Shown in pieces: positions 1-13,586 of a stretch of DNA of 64,000 nt. The translations under genes were made by a program, and so were the position numbers. The notes under the pieces were generated by a model. That model ran no database searches. It was not told the DNA's origin and saw only the letters and a list, made by a program, of their open reading frames with translations. This DNA is from Mobula hypostoma. Its lineage: Eukaryota. Position 1 is the first letter of the stretch. Each line of letters starts with the position of its first letter. Where the stretch lies: NCBI RefSeq assembly GCF_963921235.1, contig NC_086108.1, forward strand, positions 96,474,001 to 96,538,000, written 5' to 3'.

Positions 1-2648
1 ATATGGGTAGAGCTGCATAACACTAAGGGGCAGAAAACGCTGGTGGGAGTTGTGTACAGGCCACCTAACAGTAGTAGTGAGTAGTAGTAGTAGTCGGAGA
101 TGGTATTAAACAGGAAATTAGAAATGTGTGCAATAAAGGAACAGCAGTTATAATGGGTGACTTCAATCTACATGTAGATTGGGTGAACCAAATTGGTAAA
201 GGCGCTGAGGAAGAGGATTTCTTGGAATGTATGCGGGATGGTTTTTTGAACCAACGTGTCAAGGAACCAACTAGACAGCAGGCTATTCTAGACTGGGTTT
301 TGAGCAATGAGGAAGGGTTAATTAGCAATCTTGTCGTGAGAGGCCCCTTGGGTAAGAGTGACCATAATATGGTGGAATTCTTCACTAAGATGGAGAGTGA
401 CATAGTTAATTCAGAAACAAAGGTTCTGAACTTAAAGAGGGGTAACTTTGAAGGTATGAGTCGTGAATTAGCTAAGACAGACTGACAAATGACACTTAAA
501 GAATTGACGGTGGATATGCAATGGCAAGCATTTAAAGATTGCATGGATGAACTACAACAATTGTTCATCCCAGTTTGGCAAAAGAATAAATCAAGGAAGG
601 TAGTGCACCCGTGGCTGACAAGAGAAATTAGGGATAGTATCAATTCCAAAGAAGAAGCATACAAATTAGCCAGAAAAAGTGGCTCACCTGAGGACTGGGA
701 GAAATTCAGAGTTCAGCAGAGGAGGACAAAGGGCTTAATTAGGAAGGGGAAAAAAGATTATGAGAGAAGACTGGCAGGGAACATAAAAACTAACTGTAAA
801 AGCTTTTATAGATATGTAAAAAGGAAAAGACTGGTAAAGACAAATGTAGGTCCCCTACAGACAGAAACAGGTGAATTGATTATGGGGAGCAAGGACATGG
901 CAGACCAATTGAATAATTACTTTGGTTCTGTCTTCACTAAGGAGGACATAAATAATCTTCCAGAAATAGTAGGGGACAGAGGGTCCAGTGAGATGGAGGA
1001 ACTGAGTGAAATACATGTTAGTAGGGAAGTGGTGTTAGGTAAATTGAAGGGATTAAAGGCAGATAAATCCCCAGGGCCAGATGGTCTGCATCCCAGAGTG
1101 CTTAAGGAAGTAGCCCAAGAAATAGTGGATGCATTAGTGATAATTTTTCAAAACTCGTTAGATTCTGGACTAGTTCCTGAGGATTGGAGGGTGGCTAATG
1201 TAACCTCACTTTTTAAAAAAGGAGGGAGAGAGAAACCGGGGAATTATAGACCGGTTAGCCTAACGTTGGTGGTGGGGAAACTGCTGGAGTCAGTTATCAG
1301 AGATGTGATAACAGCACATTTGGAAAGTGGTGAAATCATCGGACAAAGTCAGCATGGATTTGTGAAAGGAAAATCATGTCTGACGAATCTCATAGAATTT
1401 TTTGAGGATGTAACTAGTAGAGTGGATAGGGGAGAACCAGTGGATGTGGTATATTTGGATTTTCAAAAGGCTTTTGACAAGGTCCCACACAGGAGATTAG
1501 TGTGCAAACTTAAAGCACACGGTATTGGGGGTAAGGTATTGATGTGGATAGAGAATTGGTTAGCAGACCAGGAAGCAAAGAGTGGGAATAAACGGGACCT
1601 TTTCAGAATGGCAGGCAGTGACTAGTGGGGTACCGCAAGGCTCAGTGCTGGGACCCCAGTTGTTTACATTATATATTAATGACTTGGATGAGGGAATTAA
1701 AAGCAGCATCTCCAAGTTTGCGGATGACACGAAGCTGGGCAGCAGTGTTAGCTGTGAGGAGGATGCTGGGTGACTTGGATAGGTTGGGTGAGTGGGCAAA
1801 TTCATGGCAGATGCAATTTAATGTGGATAAATGTGAAGTTATCCACTTTGGTGGCAAAAATAGGAAAACAGATTATTATCTGAATGGTGGTCGATTAGGA
1901 AAAGGGGAGGTGCAACGAGACGTGGGTGTCATTATACACCAGTCATTGAAAGTGGGCATACAGGTACAGCAGGCGGTGAAAAAGGCAAATGGTATGCTGG
2001 CATTTATAGCGAGAGGATTCGAGTACAGGAGCAGGGAGGTACTACTGCAGTTGTACAACGCCTTGGTGAAACCACACCTGGAGTATTGTGTGCAGTTTTG
2101 GTCCCCTAATCTGAGGAAAGACATCCTTGCCATAGAGGAAGTACAAAGAAGGTTCACCAGATTGATTCCTGGGATGGCAGGACTTTCATATGAAGAAAGA
2201 CTGGACGAACTAGGCTTGTACTCGTTGGAATTTAGAAGATTGAGGGGGGATCTGATTGAAATGTATAAAATCCTAAAGGGATTGGACAGGCTAGATGCAG
2301 GAAGATTGTTCCCGATGTTGGGGAAGTCCAGAACGAGGGGTCACAGTTATCCCACAGTTGAGGATAAAGGGGAAGCCTTTTAGGACTGAGATTAGGAAAA
2401 ACTTCTTCACACAGAGAGTGGTGAATCTGTGGAATTCTCTGCCACAGGAAACAGTTGAGGCCGGTTCATTGGCTATATTTAAGAGGGAGTTAGATATGGC
2501 CCTTGTGGCTACGGGGAGCAGGGGGTATGGAGGGAAGGCTGGTGCTGGGTTCTGAGTTGGATGATCAGCCATGATCATAACAAATGGCGGTGCAGGCTCG
2601 AAGGGCCGAATGGCCTACTCCTGCACCTATTTTCTATGTTTCTATGTT
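1..2648 (+). mobile_element. CR1-clade LINE, ORF2 (APE endonuclease C-terminal half plus reverse transcriptase), disrupted, with 3' UTR and (TTTCTATG)n tail
   Basis: ORFs 126..485 (MGDFN, SDH), 489..1625 (KSPGPDG, YRPVSL, YLDFQKAFDKV), 1582..1773 ([15 protein letters not shown]), 1625..2383; stop at 484-486 and frameshifts; tail tattttctatgtttctatgtt. Confidence 0.95.
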
Positions 2649-3101
2649 AAGAGACTATAAATGACACCAAACATCTGTTGGTGTTCCCTTACAAACTTGA
2701 AAGAGAACTTTATCAACTTTGTACTAAACACGGTTGCTTCCTTTGTACTTTTCTCAGTCCATGAAATTCAAATTTGGGGTAAATAACGCATCCAAGCAAG
2801 TTCCAATGAAAAAAACTCAATGCCAACAATTACAGTAACTCAACACCTGGCCAAAGTCACAATTCCTAATATTTCATCAAAATTGGTCTATTTGAAGGAA
2901 AAGACCAGCGTGTTGAGCTATCCCCAATTGCTTTATGACCTGCACAGGCAAATGTTTCCTCTCAAGGGGAACATACAAAAAGTCTTTGTTTTGAAGAAAT
3001 TTTAAGGAAAAGGGTGATTTAACATAAATGCTGAAACAACCCACACACCTTTCTCCCACATTACTTAAGCTTGGTTTCCTACTGAAACCAAAACAAAATT
3101 A

Positions 3102-3501
<400 letters not shown>

Positions 3502-4252
3502 CATTGTAAATAACCTCTCAAGAATCAAGCAACGATTAAGTTAATTTTTTCCCCCACTATAACATATCAATTAAGTTGGCTGCTGTAAAACTCAGATTAT
3601 AAGCCTCAACATGTTTTAGTGATTCAATTTAAGATGAGAGAATGTATACAGTATACAACCTGAAATCCTTACTCAGTGCAGACATCGATGAAACAGAAAA
3701 AAAAGAATCAATGATAGGAAACATTAGAACCCCAAAGTGTCCCCTCCTCCCCCTCACAAGCTCAAGCAACAGCAAAAGCATCAAATCCCACCACCCAGCA
3801 TATTTCACATTTCTGACAAATGCACTTGGATTGTCTTAGTACAATAAAGTTTTGGATTAGTAGATTTTCCATTTCACTTCTTTGAGATTTTAATTATGCC
3901 CCAGACTTGAGTTCAATTTTTCAGTATTCATTTCACTGGGAAGGGTAGCATTTATTACCCCATCTCCAAATGCACTTGAGCAGGTATAGCTGAGCTGCCT
4001 CCTTGAAACAATGCGGTCCTGAAGAATGTTGTCTCACAAAGCAGTCGGGTTGGAAGTTCCATGATTTAGCCCATCAGAATTGCTTGCAATTTGGATGGTA
4101 ACTTCCAGTGGCACTGCTCCAATTCACTCTCTTACCGTGTAGATTTGGGAACAGAGGTTATGAATGTAGAACATGTGTACAAAATGTGGAGTGTTTTGGA
4201 AAAGGTAAACACCTTTGTCACTTGTGGCAATGCTGAAGGGAATTAATAAATA

Positions 4253-5081
4253 CAGGTGCACATTCCTTTATCCGAAATTCTGAAATCCAAAACACTCCGA
4301 AAACCAAAGCTTTTTTCGCCGACAGCTGACGTCACTCAGGTGTGATGTGGCAGCCACTAGCAGAGGCCGCCATTCGTCAGTTGTGGCTCAGCGCTCGTAC
4401 TGGTTACACGTACATTTGCTGTTCGCTGATATTTTGTGTTCACTGTTGACTTTGTGTTTAATTTCACTGTGAAAATGTCAAAAAGAGCTGCAGATACCCC
4501 TATGGGTAACAATGAGAAAAAGAGAAGGAAGTATCTATCATTATCAATAACGCAGAAAGTGGAGTTATTGCAGAAGCTTGATCGTGGTGTGTCTGTGCAG
4601 CGTCTTACTGAATAGTGTCAGAACTACCACTGTGTATGATTTAAATAAACAGAAAGACAAGTTACTGAAGTTTTATGGTGACAGTGACGTTCTACATTTA
4701 TTCCAATAAGTCACTTACGATGTGTTTGATTCAGTTTGTTTAAAGCTGTATATTTTTATGTTTTATTGAATGTTTCTGTTGGAAATAAAATTTTTTCTTG
4801 TCATTATTCCCTAAACAATAGAGTATAACAACTAGTTACATAGCATTTACATTGTATTAGGTATTATAAGTAATCTTGAGATGATTTAAAGTATACGGGA
4901 GGATGTGCGTACGTTTGGTGCTCCGCTGGGTCCTAAAGTCCACCGCACTGAGACAAGTTAAATAAGGGACTTGAGCACACGTGTTTTTTTGGTATCGGGG
5001 GCAGGGGTCTGAAATCCTAAAAATTCTGAATTCCGAAATGTAACTGGCCCCAAGGATTTCAGATAAGGGATTGTGCACCTG
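4253..5081 (+). mobile_element. Non-autonomous Tigger/pogo-family DNA transposon with TIRs and TA target duplication; relic transposase N-terminus from 4475
   Basis: TA|caggtgcacattcctttatccgaaat ... atttcagataagggattgtgcacctg|TA; 4475 onward reads MSKRAADTPMGNNEKKRRKYLSLSITQKVELLQKLDRGVSVQRLTE* (CENP-B-type HTH). Confidence 0.92.
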
Positions 5082-5224
5082 TACTAGAGATTCGGCAGAT
5101 GCTGGAAATCCACAATAACTGTGGTATTCAACCACACTCCTGAATTTGGTTTTGCAGATAATGCAACATTTCTGGGATGTCAGGGGTGAGCCATCTTAAT
5201 GATCTCCTCTTAAATTTTTCATTC

Positions 5225-5870
5225 TGACACAACGGGCAAAGCCAGCATTTACTGACAATCCCTAATCACCCTTGAGAAGCTGGTGAACAGTCATTTTGTA
5301 CCACTGTGGTCCTCGTGGTGAAGTTACTCTCACAATGCTGTTGGTTGGTTAGTTAGTTCCAGCATTTACACCCAGTGACAATGAAGGATCATTGATACAG
5401 GTCCAAGTCAGGATGCTGTGCCACTTGGGAGGAGAACCTACAGATGGTGGCGTTTCCATATGCCTGATGATCTCACAAGATTGCCGGTCTTGGAGGTGTC
5501 TTTGGTATAATCTGGGTGAATAACTACAATGCATTTTGTAAATCGTCAAACTTACTAGCCACTGTTTAGGAAATCAATGCTAAGGGAGGTTGTTGGAGTG
5601 TCTAATTTGCCTTGGACAATGTTGAGATTCTACAGAGTTGATGGCACTCCACTCATTCTATCGCACTCCTGACCTGTCTTGTGGATGGTGGGAAAGCTTG
5701 AGGTTTCAGATGGTGAGTCACTCACTATATGATACCCAGCCTCTGACTCATTCTTAGATCTACTTTACTATGTGGCTGGTACAGTTGATGTCTGATCAAT
5801 CATGACCCCAGGAATGTTAGTGGTAAGAATCTAGTTCTACTATGCCTTTGAATAGACTTCTGTTTATTGG
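5225..5870 (-). repeat. Old LINE 3' fragment; related decayed copies at about 3945-4240 and 33310-34180
   Basis: All three share a gcattta(c/t)t..c..atccctaa..ccctt..aga....tggtga-like start and collinear similarity; no intact ORF. Confidence 0.55.
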
Positions 5871-6776
5871 AGAAGTCAAAATACACTTCTTATCAAAGTA
5901 TGTACAGTATACTGTATACAATTAGATTCATCTTCTTCCAGGCAGCATCAGAACAAAGAAATACAATCAAATCCACATAAAACACTACACCATAAAGACC
6001 ACTAAACATCTGATGTATGAACAAAGAACAAATCATGCACGCAGTAAGTAAACAAATAATGCACAGAACATGACCAGCAGAAAGTGAGTCCACAGCCATG
6101 GAACCAGTTCAGAGCTGAGGTGAGCAAAGCCTTACGTAGGAGTGAGCCAGTTTGCCTTAACAACCTTGGCCTCAATGCCTTAATCTTTCTAATCTGGCTT
6201 GGCACTTAAAATCAGTTAAACATCAGTCAGTGTTTTTGTTCTCGGGCCTGGGCCCTGCCACTTTAATCTGACCCTGAGTCCACTCCAGCAATGGCCGGTG
6301 CAGTCATGCTTGTATTCCCGAGAATGCAGTTCACCAAATCCTTCAGGATACTGCAAAACACCAGGTCATACACATGGTTCAAAAGCACAACTCCCAAAGG
6401 GAAATTACAGGCTGTGGGATTGTAGTGATCATAGTCCAGAAAAAGTATATTTAATAGAATAGTTATTAGTTTTATTAGCTGACTGCAAAATATTGTGTCT
6501 CACCAGCCAAAGTGAGAGAAAACAGAATTGTAATTAGAAAATAAAAGGTTAACAGTGAATTTGAGCAAATATGTGGTGACATGTATATACACTGATAATA
6601 AATTTTATTTTTAACTTTGAGATGGAAGCAAAGATTTGTTTAAAGTAGTTTTATGGTTACAGGAATGACATGCGAAAATAGGATAAAGGGTAGATAGCTG
6701 AAAATACAGCTGTGTTGTGACTTTCAAAGAAGAGAGTACTGGGTGGACCGAACAAGGTGTGGTTTAATACTTAAAG

Positions 6777-6856
6777 AAGGGGTTCCCATCCTGGGGTCCA
6801 CGGATCCCTTGCTTAATGGTATTGGCCCATGGCATATAAAAGGCTGGGAACTGCTG
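6777..6856. mobile_element. Short hAT (Charlie-like) MITE, 80 bp
   Basis: Imperfect TIRs aaggggttcccatcct / aggctgggaactgctg; flanking 8-mers acttaaag and gattaaag match at 6 of 8. Confidence 0.6.
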
Positions 6857-8089
6857 GATTAAAGCCAAAATGATGATGTGAATGTCTGGGGCAGGCAAGT
6901 GGTAAATGGTACAACGAACGAGGGATAAGGACAGGTTAGATTACACTCAACACAGCCCACACCTTGTGCTCAACTACATTCTAAATAGCTGCATGAAGTT
7001 TTTCCTCTCCTGACAGTTGTACTGGAGCCCCAGGCCTCACAGCCCAAACTACCCTCTCAGACCTTAAGAGGTAGATCCTGAGACCTTGCCCTAATGGTTC
7101 TCCATTAATGTAATTATGAGCTTGAGCCTACAGTGAGAATGAATATTACTCCAACTCTTTCTTTCCCAAGTTTCTAAATGCTCCTATTAATCAAAGACAT
7201 CCAAATGCCTCATATCATCTGAAAATAGTGGGGATTTACTTTATTAAGTTTAAACACATTTAGACATTTATCTGATATAATTAAAGAAGATTAAGCACTT
7301 GCTGATCAGTGACTGTATAATTGTCAAGCATATCCAATGGCTCTGTTTAGTATGTCTACATTCTGCTCTTGGTTTCAGCGCAGATTTCAGCTGCAGAGGA
7401 AGGGAGATGAACTGCGGAGAGCAGACATGCTTTTGATTTCTGCAATGACATGTGGCAAGTCAGGAACATGCTGACCCACCAAGTGGACCTTGCTGGTGGT
7501 TCTCTGCTGAATTGCCAGAATTAGATAAGTTTGTTTTGGCCATAACCTTAAGGTCAACAGCTTCACATCTAAATAAGTTAAACTTTGAGCAGACTGCCAC
7601 CTAGTGCAGTGAATGCAGTTAGTTCATGCAGGACTAGATACAATGCGAGAGGAAGATGGAAACAAAACTTGTTTCCAAGGATGTCAAGAGAACAACAGGA
7701 TGGCAAAAACCAGAGTTTCCTCTATTCTAAACAGATTGGGTAATAGAATACTGAATGTGGATCAGAAAGCTAAACATCCAAGATTGTTCTCAAACTCAGA
7801 ACTAAAGCCTTCAACGATAGTAAGCAAAATGAGTTGAAGGAATATCTATCTTTTCCATTGTGGGCTCAAGTACATAAGGGCTACTGTCCTTAATCTGTAC
7901 TAACCTGCAAGTCAAAGATACCAGTTCATAAAGAAGTGTCAAGTGCAAGGGAGGTTGACATCGTTACATATTAATAGAGACCGTAAGCTTAATTTTGAGT
8001 TTAGTCCATGTTATAACATAATAGTTTATGTTTCAAATATTAAGTAAATTTCTGGTAAGTATGGTTTACAATCTTACTGCACTATTACA

Positions 8090-8345
8090 CAACACAAATA
8101 TGTGGGAGGAACTCAGTAGGTCAGTCAGCATCAATGGAAGTGAATAAGGAGCTGACGTTTCAGGCTGAAACCCTTCATTAGGATCAGAAGGAGGGGGGAA
8201 GAAGCCCTTCTTCCAGTACTGATGAAAGGTCTCGGCATCAAATGTTGAATGTTTATTCCTCTCTATTCATGCTGCCTGACCTACTGAGTTCCTCCAACAT
8301 TTTGTGTGTTGCTTTAGATTTCCAGCATCTGCAGAATCTCGTGTG
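8090..8345. mobile_element. Penelope-derived palindromic repeat with two degenerate hammerhead motifs in opposite orientation
   Basis: Inverted arms acacaaata..ggaggaactcagtaggtcag and ctgacctactgagttcctcc..attttgtgt; family tail gatttccagcatctgcagaatctc. Confidence 0.8.
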
Positions 8346-8488
8346 CACAATTATACAATTGCCTCAAATATTTAAATAAGACTGACTTTTTAAATTATAA
8401 TGTTCTGGTATTGTGACAAAACAATTCATTTTGCTATTTTATGTTTCTTAACAAAGAACTAATTCTTAAGTAGTACATTTTACTTTAC

Positions 8489-8667
8489 CTTGAAAGACAA
8501 ACACTGCAAATCTTGTCTGTGGTATAACAATCACAGGTCAGGTTTGCTGGACAAATGCTGGGCTTCCGGATTGAACAACTTGAAGCACCTTTTGGTGATC
8601 CCACTTTGCGTTTGGCCACTAATATTTTCCTGGAGGTTATATCTGCAGTCTTTGTAGATCTTGCTGG
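8489..8667 (-). CDS. CDC7: CDC7 coding exon 8 (PARSTKTADITSRK...CPANLTCDCYTTDKICSVCLS), zinc-binding part of kinase insert 2; 179 nt
   Basis: Within ORF 8485..8691; ttttacag acceptor and AG|gtaaag donor; CxC...CxxC motif as in vertebrate CDC7. Confidence 0.96.
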
Positions 8668-9278
8668 CTGTAAAACAAAAATTGAGTCCAAGAAAGGAGA
8701 AACTCATGAGCAAATTCAGTAAGTATCTAAACCAGCAGTCACCCAATGGCTGCCCAATCTGTTCACGTGTTTGCAATCTGGTTTTCCTGAGTACTTTGAA
8801 AGTCACATGCAAGTTATGAAGATGCAATACTAAGATCCCAAAATATCAGTAAGTATATATCACTCAGTAAACAGCAGTTCTTAAAGGCAATTTATTTTTT
8901 TGCTTCTCAAAAATTTACTGAATCCCATAGATTCATATTATGAGAACAATAGTATTATTAATCATCGCGGAGTCAATACATCAGTTGAATGAACTAATTC
9001 ACATCCTATTTTAAATAATGGTTCATACAAATTAGTTTGCACAGAAACTAAGGTGTAGTTTCACTTCAGTTCAACCTGCACAAACTTCCATTTGCAACCT
9101 CAGAGAAAACTCTTCTGCATGTTGCTCTGAGGACATTTAACAGATTTGTTTTGTTCTCTTCAAATATTACCTGACACATAAGAATAGCATTCATATTAAT
9201 ATCAGAATCACTAAATTTAAAGTATATTTAATTAACTAAATTTATTGGGCATTCTCAATTCAAAGTCTTTGATGATAC

Positions 9279-9915
9279 CAGTTGAGTAAACCTTATTCAA
9301 AATGCTTGGGGCTGGAAGTGTTTGGGATTTTGGACTTTGGAATATACTTTGAGATATTTTGGGATAGCCAACATTTCCAACTTGGAACTTATGCGCTACC
9401 AGAAAGCAGTATTTGTCTTACACTTATTCATCACGCACATGTAGTTAACAGTAAAAATTATTACCCACCATTAATATAATGTAAACATAATGTGTGCAGG
9501 ATAAGAAAAGCAGCACAGCAGCATTGGGAGATTACCTGAATAAGCTGTTAAACAACAAACAACGGCAGGCTTTCAGTCTTCACCTAAGATACCGTGTTTT
9601 GACAACAAGGTTACAGTACACTGTATTTGTATTTTACTTTTTTTAGGCTTATGTAAGGTACAAAAACAATCAGCATTGTAGACTTGTTCTGGTGTTAGAT
9701 TTTTATCAGCGATGATCTTGGCAAACTAATGAATTTCTCTGCTGCTTCATAATCGGTAAATGTTTTATCTTTAAAATCTTTACAAAAATTTAAAGCCATG
9801 CTTATTCTTCAATTTCTGCAACCAGAATATTCTGAATATTCATAATTACCTTTAATTTTCAGTTCATAGTGACAGATCTTTGCTTGGTTCATGTTTTGAC
9901 GCGTAAGCATTATTA
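9279..9915 (-). mobile_element. Tigger4/Zombi-like DNA transposon fragment (one TIR plus transposase relic)
   Basis: TIR-like cagttgagtaaaccttattcaaaatgcttgggg; minus-strand peptide MNQAKICHYELKIKGNYEYS resembles the Tigger HTH-CENPB region. Confidence 0.75.
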
Positions 9916-9919
9916 CACT

Positions 9920-11590
9920 CTCCAGTTGGCAGGTCAGCAGTGGTGGCCAAGTCACTGCCCATCTGCTCCTGACTTCCAGCTCAATTCCTCTTGCCTGCTC
10001 CATATGCAGGAAGAGGCTCTTTCTGCTTCCTCCCCCATCTGGCGAGCTGCTTGGTTTTTGCTCTTTTCATCAAGCATCAAGGCCCAGCACAGACAGCAAC
10101 CTCCATGCCAAACTTTCTAGGAACCTTCTACAGCCAATCTGCAGTGGAATAGCCATGGCTGCCATCCTTTATCCCTGCACTCCTGGACGAAGGACTGGTT
10201 CTGCGAAGCCTTCCTCTTGTGAGCCTCCTTGCATCCTTCCTCCCATAGTACTGTGAGCTCCACCGAGATGGTTTTCTTGTCTTCAGTGGACCACAGTACG
10301 ATGTCTGGTCAAGGCATTGCTTGCACCACTTCCAGGAACTGCAGCTTCCTCCTCACATTGACCCTCATCTCCCATAATCAGGCAGTTTTCAGCAGATTGG
10401 ATTTAGGCCTCTTTAATACTGTATGACTGGCGTGACCCTCTCCTTGATGAAAATGACTGCCCTGTTTGCCTCTCTGCCAACTGGTCTCTTTTTACACCTC
10501 TCCTGTTCCAGTAGGTCAGCAAGGGACAGCAGGACCTTGTCATGGCGCCACCCATACCTTCATTGCGTTAAAGCTGTTTTGCATCCTGACAGTACACATC
10601 CCAGTGAACCTCACTGACCACAAAGCTTGCAGCTCTCTCTCCCCCATGTGTGCAACTGTGATGGTGTAGGGAAAGGATCATATATGAATCGCAGGAGGAA
10701 AGACATGTGGAACAGCTCCAGACTCCAAAGCTCTGCCCAAGTGATCTTGTGCTTGGGAAGATCCCATTTCCTCAAGGCACCCTGTGACCCCCAACTCCAC
10801 TGCCTTCGATAACCGCTTTTCGCCGTCACGGTTCCGTGCCTCTGCCTGGACCATGTCATGCCTATCCCTTGCACTTGCACTCCCCCATTGTTGGAAGTGT
10901 GCAGAGCCGAGGCCTTGCCGTCCCAGGCATGGGCTGCCAATGATCTTTCTCAATTTAAGGGGGCTCACTACCTGGTCTATGGCTGAGTTGAATCCTCCCA
11001 GGAAGCTGGTAATCCTGTCTCACGTTACTGGCAGGATGTGGTAGTGGTCCAGGATGAGGATATGTGGAATTGGCCCGCTAGCGTTGGCTAGGTTTAACCA
11101 GACAACTGTGAGGTTGCCTTTCTTCTGCCCGGACTCGCGGATCAATGGCTGATTCCAGGTGTGTTCAAGGCACCCAGAAAAACCCACAATGGCATCTTTC
11201 AGGATGGATGTGCTGATATTATGGTGCTCCATTAAGTAAGAGGTCAGCCTTTTCACAAGCACCGAGAAGAATATCTTGCACTCCACGCTAAGGAGGGAGA
11301 TTGTCCTAAACTCAGTGATTGCAGAGGAACTTTCTTCCTTGGGAACAAAGCACCCTTCAGCCATTTTCCAGCTTGGTGGGATACAGCTTTTGGTTCAAAT
11401 CTTCCTCATCATCTTCCACAACCTCTGGAGGAGTTTTGGGAATTTCTTATACACCTTGTAGGGTATACCACTTGGCCTTGGGGCAGCAGATGACTTTACT
11501 CTCTTTATGATATCCTGAACCCCCGCCACGTGGGCTCTGCCAAGTTCGGCTCAGTCGCTGGGATTCTTGGTTGGGGGACAAAGCACGGCA
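9920..11590 (-). mobile_element. Hero-type (R2-like, restriction-like endonuclease) non-LTR retrotransposon, internally deleted
   Basis: RT segment AEGCFVPKEE..FRTISLLSVECKIFF..GFSGCLEHT (11020..11364); zinc knuckle start CKLCGQ (about 10615); REL motif PDIVLWSTEDKKTISVELTVLWEEGCKEAHKRK (about 10308-10210). Confidence 0.85.
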
Positions 11591-11599
11591 GCGCCTCTT

Positions 11600-12230
11600 C
11601 TCAGTCGTCTGCGAAGATTCTGTATGTCATCTAAAACTTTGACAACCTTCAACAGATATGCAATACTGACTGGTTGCAACAAGACCTGGAAAAATCTATA
11701 AAAAGTAGTGGGTACAGCCCAGTCCATCACAGGCAAAGGTCTCCTCACCATTGAGCACATGTATCCAGAGCGCCGTTGCAGAAAAGCAGCATTTATTAAG
11801 GACCCTCACCACCTAGGCCATGCTTGCTTCTCACTGCTGTCGTCACGATGGTGTACAGGAGCAACTCAGGACCCACACCATCAGGCTCAGGAACAGTTAT
11901 TATCCCTCAAATATCAGGCTCTTGAAACAGAGAATATAACTTCACTCACCCAACACCGACCTATACCCATAACCTATGGACTCACTTCATCTCATGTTCT
12001 CGATACTTATTGCTAATTTATTTATTATGATTATTATTTTGGTTTTGTTTTTCTTTTTGTATTTGCACAGATTGTCTTTTGAACATTTGTTGGTCGTCTT
12101 GTGCATGGTTTCTGATTTTATTGTGTTTCTTTATATTTAAGCTGAATGCCCTCAGGAAAATAAATCTCAGGGTTGCATACAGTGACATACAGTACAGGTA
12201 CTTTGATAATAAATTTATTTTGAACTTTGA
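11600..12230 (+). mobile_element. Rex1/Babar-type LINE 3' fragment with gataataaattt..ttgaactttga tail
   Basis: ORF 11708..12016 TAQSITG...RCRKAAFIKDPHHLGH; tail shared with other copies in the window. Confidence 0.75.
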
Positions 12231-12239
12231 ATCGTCTCA

Positions 12240-13500
12240 GGAGTGTTACCAACAAAGTTTCAGACAGATCATGCAGGGAGATATTAGAACAGGACAGCCT
12301 ATGTTTGGGCAGAAAAGTAATTTTTAAGAATGTTTGAAAGGGTGAGACATGCTTAGGAAAGAATTTCTGAGTTTAGGGATAAGGTAAGGAATGTATGAAA
12401 GATGCAGGAGGCTATAGAGATGAAATGGAAACTGCATAAACAATGTATATTGGATTTATAACTGACAAGTTACAAAACTGGAAAAAAAAGTATTAGTCAG
12501 CAAGCAGAGGATGGTGAGAGTTAGCAGTAGAACTTCTAGATGACCAAGCATGCAGATAGTGGAATACAGGTGGTTACAAGTATACATGAGGATATCACAG
12601 ATGAGCAAAAACAGCTGTAGAATTTACACTGCCAAACACAACCCCTGTGGTCTTGGTGAAGGTGTAGGAAGTGTTTGAAAGCTCAGTTCATTGCATACAT
12701 CAAAAATCAACTACAGATAGTGCCAGGAAAATGGATGACTTTCAGATGAAAGACCATCAACTTGAAACATAGTGTTTCCCTCTCATTACCTGCTAAGTTT
12801 TTAAAGCAGCTTCCTATTTCTTTAAATTTAAAATTAATAAAATCAAAAGCCAGGAGCAAGAGTCTATGGCAGTAATTAAAGACAATGGTTTTAATCTTCC
12901 CAACATTAGTATAGAGGGGAATAATTTCAATAGTTTGAAGTCAAATGAGCAGTATGAGATACTAGATGAACTGAGTCAATGATTGTGGAGCAGAACTGAG
13001 GGGAACAAGAGAGAGTAAATCAGAAACACAAGGATTTCTACACAGATGCTGGCTATCCAGAGCAACACATAAAAAGAGGACAAAACTAGAATCTTGGATA
13101 ACTCAAGAAAAATCTTTACTGATCATTCTCTGGCTATGACTGGAAATAGATAAAACTGGAAGCAGTTACACCCCTAAAGCTGCTCTTTTATGAACAATAA
13201 AGGAGAAGAGTTGAAATCTATCTGGTTGATTGCCAAAGACTGCGATGGGCTACAATCCAAGAAGGGATTGTTTATCAGCTTCATAATTATTTGTAACTTA
13301 CTAGGAGCATCCATGGCAACAACAGAAACCTAATTGGAGGAATTCCAACATCTTGGTTGTGGGGAAGACAGATTTGTGAGGTTTGATTTGCTGAGGAAAG
13401 GCGGGTTTAAGATGTGGCAGCTGTTTCCAAGTGCAGGGGGTTAAATTATTCCATTTTTTGAAATGAAAAGTGATGATTGTGGATGGCAGAAGGGATTGAT
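12240..13500 (-). repeat. Highly decayed L2-like LINE remnant
   Basis: Purine-rich decayed sequence with an L2-like 3' segment (ttttaagaatgtttgaaag...ggaaagaatttc.gagtttaggg); no ORF. Confidence 0.4.
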
Positions 13501-13586
13501 GGCCACTGACAAAAGAGAACCATTAATAATTTCAGTTTACATGGGAACCAAGCCGGAAAAGATGGTTAACAACAACGCTACAAAGC

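Noticed and set aside
69..94. (GTA)n run inside the CR1 endonuclease
   Set aside because: Local slippage in a dead copy
65..664. Long antisense ORFs over LINEs (also 48358..48822, 55845..56387, 60111..60701, 47555..48019)
   Set aside because: Reverse-frame shadows of CR1 or Rex1 coding sequence; no independent protein features
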